From the NCBI RefSeq assembly GCF_001194135.2, contig NC_068999.1, forward strand, positions 7,732,266 to 7,796,265: 64,000 bases of DNA, in the 5' to 3' direction. Below are positions 52,860 through 64,000 of the stretch, piece after piece. Each line of letters starts with the position of its first letter. Position 1 is the first letter of the stretch. Source of the stretch: Octopus bimaculoides. Its lineage: Eukaryota. Below the pieces are notes generated by a model. That model was not told the origin of the DNA and ran no database searches. It saw only the letters and a program-made list of their open reading frames with translations. The position numbers and the translations under genes are program-made.

Positions 52860-53400
52860 AAAGGCGGTGAGCTGGCAGAAATGTTATCACACGGTGTGAA
52901 AAGCTTAGTGGCATTTTGTCTGTCTTTACGTTCTGAGTTCAAATTCCGCCGAGGTCGACTTTGCCTTTCATCCTTTCGGGGTCAATAAATTAAGTACCAG
53001 TTGCTGTGTTCATGCAACATCTTGCAAGAATAAAATCAATTTTATGTTACCACATCGCAGCATAGCAAGCGCGCTTGCCAATTGATGATCAAATTTATTA
53101 ATCTAATTAAGATGATTTTCATTTTTCAAATATTGACATCATATTATGTGATAAATGAAATATTTTGAGATAGATATCTGCATTTTAAGGCAAGGGAGCT
53201 GGCAGAATCGTTTCCACGCCAGAAAAAATGCTTTGCGGCATTTCGCCCGTCTTTACGTTCTCAGTTCAAATTCCGCCGAGGCTGAATTCGCCTTTCATCC
53301 TTTGGGGGTCGATCGAAATAACCAGTTGAGCATTGCAACCGATGTAATCTACTAGCTCCTCCCTAGAAATGGCTGGTTTGTACCAAAGCTAGAAACCAAT
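52860..53400 (+). mobile_element. Two SINE-A copies (52860-53003 and 53187-53400)
   Basis: Both have the GAGCTGGCAGAA head, GTTCAAATTCCGCCGAGG and the CCTTTCATCCTTT.GGGGTC core. Confidence 0.9.
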
Positions 53401-53793
53401 ATAATATAAGCAGACGTACTGTATTGCCACTGGCTTGGCCTCTGGTCATAAGCAGGTATTTTATTCATGGGTTTGTAAATCAAACCGAATTGAATATAGA
53501 ATAGAGACAGATTTTAACGTAAACACAAAGACTTCAAAGTTGTGGGTTCGATATAATCAATTATGACGGAGTCGTCACAATAATTGGTAATAATTTTAAT
53601 CGAATATGTACTGACAATATCTCATCTCATCTCATTTCATCTCTAAAGACGAGGATAATGGTGTGAAATTTAATTCTATGTTACATTTCTATGTCACATT
53701 TTCCATGCCAAAAAAATATTTTTTAATTATTTATTTTGTATCTCCATATAAGGAAGAATAAGTACACACAGTATTTTGGATCAGTTACGAGTT

Positions 53794-54115
53794 ATTATGA
53801 AGTTACTGATAAAAGCGGCGAGCTGGCTGAATCGTTAGCACGCTGGACGAAATGCTTAGGGTTATTATTATTATTATTATTATTATTAAGGCGGCTGGCT
53901 GGATCGTTAGCACGCTGGACGAAATGCTTAGCAATATTTCACCCGTGGCTACGTTCTGAGTTCAAATCCCACCGAGGCCGACTTTGCCTTTAATCCTTTC
54001 GGGGTCGATTAATTAAGTACCAGTTGCGTACTGGGGTCGATCTAATCGACTGGCACTCTCCCCCAATATTTCAGGCTTTGTGCCTATAATAGAACGGATT
54101 ATGAAGTTACTGATA
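53794..54115 (+). mobile_element. SINE-A with perfect 18-bp TSD and duplicated head
   Basis: ATTATGAAGTTACTGATA occurs at 53794-53811 and 54098-54115. The head segment is repeated on either side of a (TTA)n run. Confidence 0.92.
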
Positions 54116-55319
54116 GAAACGATAATTGATGTTAGGTAACGGCCATGACATCATGAACGAAGTATTACAGGTTAGAAGTGACAAATACCTCAGAGTACAA
54201 TGAACGCATGTTTCGTTCAAATATGTATTTAGTACGAAACTATACGGGATAACATATTAAGTGGTTAAGCTGTGCGTCGTTCTGCTAGAGTTTTAGACAG
54301 GAAAATTTGTGATTTGATATGGATTTAGCTGTTATATCTAACAATTTGAACCATCATGTAGAAGCTCTGTCTGTTTGATATTCCCACCCCTCGAGAAAAT
54401 CATTGAGTTATAAATTTATAGCTGGGATCTGTTTGCAGATTCTGGTGACGTGAAGCGCTCTCTTTTGTGAATATTAATTAATTCAACCGGGCTTCGGTAA
54501 ATAGCCCCGGATCCATGATAAGAGTTTAATATATGATTTATACAAAATGTAATGGCGTATGTTTTAGTGTAGAACTTAGTAAGTTGTTTATTAAACATTC
54601 TGTATTCGATAAAACCGTTAGCAATTTTGTCATGTATTTCAGATTGCGTATACACGTTTATCTATGTGTGTATGTGTGTGTGTGAGAGAGAGAGGGGGTG
54701 AGGGAGTGTGTGCATGAGCGTATGCATGTGTGTGTGCGTGCAGTATATGAAGGTAATGAAGGTGAGGTAGGAGGTATGTTGGAGTACTTTAACGTGAAAG
54801 CAATTACGTATTTAAGTATTTTTTTCGTGCTCACGTCTGTGTGTATGTTTGTATGTAAATGTTTGCATGTGAGTGTGTGAGTGTGGGTGTATCAAAGAGA
54901 GGGGAGGGGGAGATATGGGGAGGGGGNNNNNNNNNNNNNNNNNNNNNNNNNNNNNNNNNNNNNNNNNNNNNNNNNNNNNNNNNNNNNNNNNNNNNNNNNN
55001 NNNNNNNNNNNNNNNNNNNNNNNNNNNNNNNNNNNNNNNNNNNNNNNNNNNNNNNNNNNNNNNNNNNNNNNNNNNNNNNNNNNNNNNNNNNNNNNNNNNN
55101 NNNNNNNNNNNNNNNNNNNNNNNNNNNNNNNNNNNNNNNNNNNNNNNNNNNNNNNNNNNNNNNNNNNNNNNNNNNNNNNNNNNNNNNNNNNNNNNNNNNN
55201 NNNNNNNNNNNNNNNNNNNNNNNNNNNNNNNNNNNNNNNNNNNNNNNNNNNNNNNNNNNNNNNNNNNNNNNNNNNNNNNNNNNNNNNNNNNNNNNNNNNN
55301 NNNNNNNNNNNNNNNNNNN

Positions 55320-55530
55320 GGGAGGGATAGAGAGGTGGGAGGGAGAGAGAGGTGGGAGGGAGAGAGAGGCGGAGAGAGAGGGGAGGAGAGAGAGAGAGAG
55401 AGGGGGAGAATATGTGTGTGTATGCTTGTGGGCATGTGAACGTGTGTGTTTGTATGTTAAGTTGTATCTGTGCTTGCATATGAATGTATGTTTGTGTGTG
55501 GGTGCGTGGGAATGTACGTAAAGTGCGTGT

Positions 55531-55573
<43 letters not shown>

Positions 55574-56019
55574 GTTTTGTATGTATGTGAATACGTGTGT
55601 GTTTGTGTGAAGTTGTGTGCGTATGTGCATATGATCGTGTATAGGTTTAGGAAATCGTGTGTGTGTGTGTCTATGTATGAAAAAGAAAAAGAGGGGAAAA
55701 GGAACGAAAGAGAGAGAGAGAGAAGAGCGAAAGAGAAAGAGGGGGGAGAGAGAAGTGAAAGAGAGTAAGAGAGAGAGAAGGAGGAGTGAAACAGAGGGAG
55801 AGAAGAATGAAAGAGAGAGAGGGGAGGCAGGGAGGAGTGAAAGAGAGAGAAAAAACGAAAGAGAGAGGGGTACAGGAGAGAGAGATAGGAGCGAAAGAGA
55901 GAGGAGTGAAAGAGACAGAGAGAGACAGAGAGGAGTGAAGGAGAGAGAGAAGAGAGGAGTGAAAAAGAGAGAGAGAGAGGAGTGAAAATCGAAACAGAAA
56001 AGTTATACGAGTGAACGTA

Positions 56020-56086
<67 letters not shown>

Positions 56087-56100
56087 AAGAGAGAGAGAGA
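55320..56100. repeat. Purine-rich (GA) tract with recurring GAGGAGTGAA motif, plus (TG)n
   Basis: About six GAGGAGTGAA cores between ~55780 and ~55990. Confidence 0.85.
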
Positions 56101-57053
56101 GTGTGTGTGTGTGTGTATGTGTGTGGTGTATGTGTGTGTATGTATGTGTGTGTGTGTGCACGTGAACTTGTTTGCGTATATACGTATGTGAGAAAGAGAG
56201 AGAGAGAAATTATATGTGCGTGCGTGAACCTGTGTGTGCACGGGAAACTGTGCGTGTGTATTTACGTAAAAGTGTGCGTGTGTTTACGTAAACGTGTGCG
56301 TGTGTGTGTGTGTGTTTTCTCTTCTGTATTGATAATCTAATCATGCGAAATGAAAGAAAAAAAACACTGTAAACAAAATCAATACAAAAAATAAAAACTG
56401 ATAAGCAATCTAACATTTTCTGTTATTTTAAAAAATTTATTTGTTTATTTATTTGTCGCCGATGTCTTGGAATTCCATTCCGAAGCCGCACTATTTCCTT
56501 TATCAAAAGCATTAACACAACATTATTCAACTAATTTCACACGTTTAACACTCGGACATTACTATCTTGTTTTGCCGAGATCGTCACGCTTTATGCAAAC
56601 ACCAAAGCGAGTATCACCGTTTCCAATAATGGCATTAATGCGTCGCGATGGCGACGAAGCTAACAGCACAGGTGACTAAGCCGAGCAAATAACATCAGTG
56701 CCACCACCGCCACAACAACAACAACAACAGCAGCAGCAATAACAAAAACAACAACAACAAAAGTAAATTACTTATATTCATTTTGTCCGTAATTCGTAAT
56801 TCTTGAATAAAATTTCGTCAAATAATTATGCGTTCGATGTTATTCACTTTCCAAATCTCCAAGACTGGAGCTGACATATAATCTAATGGGTTTCAGCCGG
56901 GACCAGTCGCTATTTTTCTCAGGGAAAGTATCTTTTTAAAAAAAAGAGGTTCATGAGTGCTCTCTGTCTGTCTGTTTGTCTCTTTGTCTCTTTGTCTGTC
57001 TTTTGTTTCTCTCTTTCCCACTCTCTCTCTTTCTTTCTCTCTTTCTCGCAGTG

Positions 57054-57164
<111 letters not shown>

Positions 57165-58076
57165 AATCTATCAATCTATCTATCTTTATNNNNNNNNNNN
57201 NNNNNNNNNNNNNNNNNNNNNNNNNNNNNNNNNNNNNNNNNNNNNNNNNNNNNNNNNNNNNNNNNNNNNNNNNNNNNNNNNNNNNNNNNNNNNNNNNNNN
57301 NNNNNNNNNNNNNNNNNNNNNNNNNNNNNNNNNNNNNNNNNNNNNNNNNNNNNNNNNNNNNNNNNNNNNNNNNNNNNNNNNNNNNNNNNNNNNNNNNNNN
57401 NNNNNNNNNNNNNNNNNNNNNNNNNNNNNNNNNNNNNNNNNNNNNNNNNNNNNNNNNNNNNNNNNNNNNNNNNNNNNNNNNNNNNNNNNNNNNNNNNNNN
57501 NNNNNNNNNNNNNNNNNNNNNNNNNNNNNNNNNNNNNNNNNNNNNNNNNNNNNNNNNNNNNNNNNNNNNNNNNNNNNNNNNNNNNNNNNNNNNNNNNNNN
57601 NNNNNNNNNNNNNNNNNNNNNNNNNNNNNNNNNNNNNNNNNNNNNNNNNNNNNNNNNNNNNNNNNNNNNNNNNNNNNNNNNNNNNNNNNNNNNNNNNNNN
57701 NNNNNNNNNNNNNNNNNNNNNNNNNNNNNNNNNNNNNNNNNNNNNNNNNNNNNNNNNNNNNNNNNNNNNNNNNNNNNNNNNNNNNNNNNNNNNNNNNNNN
57801 NNNNNNNNNNNNNNNNNNNNNNNNNNNNNNNNNNNNNNNNNNNNNNNNNNNNNNNNNNNNNNNNNNNNNNNNNNNNNNNNNNNNNNNNNNNNNNNNNNNN
57901 NNNNNNNNNNNNNNNNNNNNNNNNNNNNNNNNNNNNNNNNNNNNNNNNNNNNNNNNNNNNNNNNNNNNNNNNNNNNNNNNNNNNNNNNNNNNNNNNNNNN
58001 NNNNNNNNNNNNNNNNNNNNNNNNNNNNNNNNNNNNNNNNNNNNNNNNNNNNNNNNNNNNNNNNNNNNNNNNNNNN

Positions 58077-58129
<53 letters not shown>

Positions 58130-58877
58130 CAGCGAGATAGATAGATAGATAGATAGTGTTAGATGAATAGAAAGACAGACACTGCTAGATAAATAGATAG
58201 AAAGTTAGATTGCCAGTTGGATAGTTAGATAGATGTATACGTGTGTGAGTGACTGTATATATTTGAATACAAGAAGATATTTTTTTGAACATGGCAGAAA
58301 GATATTTTTTATTATATACCTCTAAAAAAAAAATTGACTGAAAATTGTTTTTACATAAGTAATGTTTCAATGTAAATGTTTTATTGGAAAAATATTAGTA
58401 TGTGTTTTCACAAGGAAGGGATTTCTCATTGTGCTGAAATTTGTCGCATAGATAAACCCGGCACCAAAGAAAAAATAATAAAACACCTATTCGCTTATTA
58501 AATTTTACTCTATGTTGTACACCAAAGAGATTTTACAGCAAGAAAATCACATTATTAACCAGTTTCGCTGTCCTCACTTGAAGTATGCTTAAAGTATATT
58601 AGATACGCATTTTATGAAAAAATTCTCTCTTTTTTTTTTGCTTTGTTTTCTTTATATGTACTCTATAATAATTTTTCTTAGAATAGAGGCCAGTGGAAGG
58701 AAACTAGGACTATAATATGAGTCTTCTTTGTAGTTTTCTCTTTGGATATAGAAGAACGTACAACCCGCTGGCTTTTCAATGATCGAACCAACGCACTTTG
58801 TTCTTTATCCTGACACCATAACAACTCCGGCCAAACGCCTTGACAAACATGTAAATATCATATTTCTAATATAATCA

Positions 58878-59180
58878 GGCTCTTCCGTCGGCTATGACGT
58901 TGAAGGTTCGAGTTAATACCACCAGAGGAACAGCCTGCTCATGAAATTAACATGCACGTAGCTTAGCACTCCACAAAGATGCGAACCTTCAACGTAATTC
59001 TCAAGGAGATCCAGCGTGAGGCAAAATGTGGCAAGGCTAGCCCTTTGAAATACAGGTACATCTCATTTTTGACAGGTGAGTAGACTGGAGCAACGTGAAG
59101 TAAAGTGTCTTGCTCAAGGACAAAACGTGCCACGAAGAATCGAACTCACTACCTTACGATCTTGAGCCGAATGTTCTAAG
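58878..59180 (-). mobile_element. Chimeric SINE: B-type head with C-type tail
   Basis: Minus strand: GTTCGATTC..GTCCTTGAGCAAGACACTTTACTTCACGTTGCTCCAGTCTACTCAC (B), then TGTACCTGTATTTCAAAGGGCTAGCC...GTTAATTTCATGAGCAGGCTGTTCC (C). Confidence 0.88.
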
Positions 59181-60179
59181 TCCTTGGCCTTCAGATTCCT
59201 TATATAACCTGCCATTACAACGCACAACTCAATTACCAATCAATGTCCGTGAATATTCATCAAACACGTTTAATTAAACAGTTAGAGCATTGCAATGCTT
59301 TAAATTGCGCTCTATGCACTGTGTGTGCGCATGTGTCGGAGAGTGTGTATATGCGTTCTTAAGGGTGTTTCAACCATCACAACTAAGGATATGATGGAGA
59401 AATAACATGATGTAGAACTAACTTCCTGCGTATTTCTATGTGCGTGTCTGATTCCCATAACTTATTGTGATTCGTATGAAATATGAAGGTGTCATTTCTT
59501 GAAGGTGTCCCTGTCATATATAGTATTTAGCACGACAATAGTTGCAACTCAGCACAGTTAGCTATCCCTTATAGCTCAAACGACGTATCCTTCTCGACCA
59601 CAAATCACCGGCGTAAATGATTCAAAATCTCTTGGTCAAAACATTATTTTATACAAATCTCAATTGATCTAATCGAAGGAGTCTCTATATAGCCCCTTGA
59701 CCTCCAAGAAATACTTTTCGATTCATACTCTACTGTTTTAAAATATACCAAAAGGAGGTTTTGCATAATGTAGTCCTATATATACAAATATATATATATA
59801 TATTTGTATATATTTATTAATGAGGGTAGAAATTGATATTAATTAATTAAAACCAGTGGTCTAGCATATTAAAAAAATCCGAAGATTAAAATTTGCTGGT
59901 CATTCCTCTTATTTTTGTTTATATTTGTATATATATATATATATATATAGAACAGGGACAACTGATGAAGGGGAATATTTTTTATGTTGCATGTCTCGTT
60001 TCTCTGTTTGTTTTTTTCGTTGTTCGAACAAAAGTTCTTTTTCTGCCATCGTCTTTATATTTTCGTTTCTCATTGTGTTTAATGTTTTTTTCTTTTTTCA
60101 TGATGTCCTGTACCCATATATGTATGTATGTATACATATAGATGTAGGTTTGTACATACATGTATGGATATATGCGTAT

Positions 60180-60290
60180 GGATGACTGCTGGTGTTCCAT
60201 AAACAACCTGTCTCGGACTTGTGCCTCGGAAAGTAACCTTCTAAGTGCAATCCCATGGTCATTCGTGACCGAGGGGCGTCTTTACCTTAA
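60180..60290 (+). mobile_element. Isolated 3' tail fragment (same module as in 39428-39723)
   Basis: CCATAAACAACCTGTCTCGGACTTGTGCCTCGGAAAG...CCATGGTCATTCGTGACCGA. Confidence 0.6.
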
Positions 60291-60894
60291 CCCTTTTATA
60301 TCAACGACAGATCGGCGGGAAAACCGATAAATTGCTTATTCAAACGAAACCTCTCGTGATATTTGTTCGGCCCGAGTTGCAGAAACAAACCTTTGTATTT
60401 CTGTTTTATGCCAACGTAAACGCTGTAAGCCGGTGATTATTCCATTGAAAACATACCGACGCTATTGTTCAAAACTGCCATACAAAATACAGTATAATAA
60501 AATAAGTCCAGTACCGTTCAGAAAAAGAAAAAGAAAAAAGCAAGACAAACAACAGCATGGGCTTAAGAAAAAGAGAAAACAATATATTGTAATTGGATTC
60601 TTTAGATATCAGGATCGTTTCATTAAAAGAAAGGAAAATATTGGTTCTGATACGAGTTCTTATGTAATCGATGAAACGAAAAATCGATATCGGCCGAATA
60701 TTCACGTTGAATGTAGAATCTGGGAAGACGAAGGAAAATAATGTAATGCGTTTAGTCTGGTGAACTATAATATCTGTCAACACAAAGTCACCGTCTTATT
60801 ACAATAATGCCACTGAAAGAAAAAAACCCAGCCTATTAGATATTCCTTTAAAATGGTACTAATCGATTTGATTATCTTTAATATGGTTCACTTC

Positions 60895-61120
<226 letters not shown>

Positions 61121-61220
61121 ACGAAGAGTGATTTCATTTATTTGCCACCAGGGCGAAGGATGGAGAGATCAATGCAATGTCAGACACAAAGTGTTGAGGT
61201 TTAAATAGGAAAAGAAAAAT

Positions 61221-62281
61221 TGCATTTTCATTTTGGGGAGAGATGGAAGTTTGCAGGTGTTAAATCTGGCGAATAGGGCAGGTGCGAAAGAAATACCATG
61301 TTTTTGGCGAGAAACTCGTGTATGAGGAGAATTCGATGACGGGGTGTATTGTCGTCTTGAAGAATCAAATTCTTCGTACCCTACAGAACCCGTCGCTTTT
61401 GCCGAATGCCCGCCATCAAACGCTTCAAAATGTCGTAGTGAAACTCTCGATTGACGGTTCGACGCTAAAGGACGAATTCTCGATGCAGAATACTGCGGAT
61501 GTGGATAAAAAATGATGAGCATGCCCTTGATTGAGCTACGGCTCTATTGTGCCTTGTTTGTTCGTGGAGATGAAGGGCTTTTCCATTGTGACGAATGCTG
61601 CTTCATCTCAGGGTTGAACTCGTAGACCCACTCTCATCACCGGTGATGATAATCGACTTGAAGTGTGCATAATCAGTGGCACGTTGACAGACTTCGACGC
61701 GATTTTCTTTCTGGTCAGTGGTCAGCAGGCGAAGGACAGACTTGTTAGAGATACACCACATGTTCAATTCAGACGTTAGAATACCCGTACAACAGACTAA
61801 CAACCTCAGCAATGTCGTTCATTGTTCTTCGACGTTCCTCATGCGAAGGCTGATGAATTTTCTCCACATTTCTAGAGGTGACACTCGTGTCAGGTCTTCA
61901 GATCGCTCATCGTTTTCCAAGGTCAATCCTTCGTTTTTAAAGCACACGTGCCGATCGAGCCATTACGTACGGTCCATTGTCTCTCCTCCTTTAGTATGCC
62001 GACGCATGATCAATGTCTCTGTAGCAGACTTCCCGAGTTTAACGCAAAATTTCATGTTTGCTCTTTGTTCGAACTTCCTGTCCATGACAAAATCGCAGAC
62101 TACAATATATACACGACCGCATGAACACAAAATTCACAACTTGTGAAGTAAACACACCGGTCTCATTCGGTCCACTGCTTCATGAAGGTCACTGCAAGCT
62201 CGTACTGAGCACACGATCATGTGCTGCCATCGGCTGGCGTACTGGGGAATTAGTCCGGGAACTTTTTGATAACACCTCGTA
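61221..62281 (-). mobile_element. Decayed mariner (DD34D) element lacking its 3' end
   Basis: TA-CGAGGTGTTATCAAAAAGTTCCCGGACT TIR at 62281; MDRKFEQRANMKFCVKLGKSATETL, IITGDES, ILQDDNTPRH and HLPYSPDLTPANF; several stops and frameshifts. Confidence 0.93.
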
Positions 62282-62283
62282 TA

Positions 62284-62314
<31 letters not shown>

Positions 62315-62759
62315 TTTTTGCTCTTTTCCCATTACGAAACTACTTCAATTAATCCGATCAATTATTATCATTTTTTTTTCTATAATTTTCACAATATATG
62401 TTGAAGTGGTTGCTTCATTTATTTAGGTATAGAGCCACAAATTTATAGCGGAAGAAAATAAAGAACAGTATTGATTTTTTTTTCTTTCTGATAAAAAATT
62501 TAATGTACTTTGGCATAAATCCAAATTTTTATTACAGAACAAAAAAGCGATTTCGTAACTTTTATTATGTCAGTAATTACATTAAGCGCATAAATGGAAA
62601 GCATTACGTGAAAGAGAAATGAAGTTATGACATCGATATGGAGACTAGGATACAGCAATCGTACGCATCCTATCGGATCTGTTTTCTTGAAAGGCTAAGA
62701 TAAAGGGACGCAAACAACCCAACACCGATTCTAGAGCGATGGTGAGAAATAACACAGAT

Positions 62760-62975
62760 ATTCTTTTATTCTTTTACCTGCTTCAGTCATTTCATTGCAG
62801 CCATACTGGAGCACCGCCTTTAGTCGAACAAATCGATCCCAGGACTTATTCTTTGTACTCTTAGTACTTATTCTATCGGTCTCTTTTGCCGAACCGCTGA
62901 GTTACGGGGACGCAAGCACACCAACATCGGCTGTCAAGCGATGGTGGGGGGGACAAACACAGACACACGCACACA
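62760..62975 (-). mobile_element. SINE long 3' tail module, well preserved
   Basis: CTTTTACCTGCTTCAGTCATTTCATTGCAGCCATACTGGAGCACCGCC...GGGGGGACAAACACAGAC. Confidence 0.8.
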
Positions 62976-63029
62976 AACACACACACGCACACACGCACAC
63001 ACACACACACACACACACNNNNNNNNNNT

Positions 63030-63465
63030 CTTTATTGCTCCCAAGGGGCTAAACATAGAGGGGACAAACAAGGACAGACAAAGGGACTAGTCGATTACAT
63101 CGACCCCACTGCGTAACTGGTACTTAATTTATCGACCCCGAAAGGATGAAAGGCAAAGTCGACCTCGGCGGAATTTAAACTCAGAACATAAAGACAGACG
63201 AAATACCGCTAAGCATTTCGCTCAACGTGCTTACCGTTTGTGCCAGCTCGCCACCTGAGAACAGCAATCGATATTAGCAAAAAACTGGGTGATGGGCAGG
63301 CAGAATCATTAGCACACCAGGAAAAATGCTTTGCGGAATTCCATCCATCTTTAAGTTTTAAATTCAAATTCCACCGGAGTCAACTTCTCCTTTCATCGAT
63401 GCAGGATCGATGAAATAACTAAACCCTAACCTGATGTTGCTGTCCTTGTGCCAAAATTTGAAACT
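63030..63465. mobile_element. Head-to-head SINE-A pair: young minus copy 63030-63257 and diverged plus copy 63290-63465
   Basis: The minus copy is near consensus. The plus copy has GCAGAATCATTAGCAC, AATTCAAATTCC and CCTTTCATC. Confidence 0.88.
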
Positions 63466-64000
63466 ATGACTAGTAGGAAACTAGTTTTTAAGAATTAACT
63501 TTGTTCTGCCTCCGACGCTTCGCAAGAAGAATGCGAAATCTAAAAGAAAAGTTCGCATTTTCCTTTTTGCCATTCATCCCTCTGGAGCCCAATAAAATTT
63601 ATAGTAGATATATATATTCCGAGTGCTTTCGATTAGATGTATAGATACATACTGTAGGGACATTGTTCGATTATAAAATAAATATACTAAATTTTTAAAA
63701 AATTCGATGGGAAGCAGTAACAAAAGGGAGATTGTAGAGCAAAGAGAAGGGGCGGATGGGGAAGAAGCGAGAAAGGAAACTAGAAGAGTAGAAGAAACCC
63801 AAAAAACTGATACTAAAACATACGTACAGGCATCCATACAGGATGTCCTTATGTGTGTGTGTATTTATGCGTGTGTAAATATATATGTGTGTGAGTGTGT
63901 GCGTGTTTGTGTACTTGTGTGTGTGTGTGTACCCCAAAATATATATCGATAAATAGATCGATAGACATATATATATGTATATATATGTATATATATATAT

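Noticed and set aside
54895-54926. G-run cluster (possible G-quadruplex) and a CCCTAACC telomere-like word at ~63423
   Set aside because: The G-runs are the edge of a GA-rich tract truncated by Ns, and the telomere-like word is a single unit expected by chance.

Overview
AT-rich, repeat-saturated eukaryotic draft-assembly DNA with about 15 large N gaps, most of them bounded by microsatellites. The SINE families, the dense (CA)/(TA)/(GATA)/(AAT) microsatellites and the RTE, Dong/R4 and mariner debris resemble a cephalopod (octopus-type) genome. That assignment is inference from recalled sequence, not a database result. I found no intact protein-coding gene, rRNA, true tRNA gene or CRISPR array, and almost every ORF in the track is a microsatellite or N-gap translation. 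Recognisable content: the 3' end of a Chapaev3-like transposon; Tc1, maT and mariner transposase remnants; RTE-clade and Dong/R4-clade LINE remnants; and more than 25 tRNA-derived SINE copies or pieces built from interchangeable head and tail modules (labelled SINE-A to D here). There are also several foldback (inverted-repeat) elements. The best find is a 449-bp foldback at 9181-9629 whose two arms each carry a type I hammerhead-ribozyme fold with Penelope-like features. One arm keeps a GUC cleavage triplet and a palindromic stem III, the other has a non-cleavable GUG, and both have a U4-to-C core variant. Coordinates were read by eye. Ends of diverged repeats are approximate (about 10-20 bp); the hairpin, TSD and TIR positions quoted in detail were counted.
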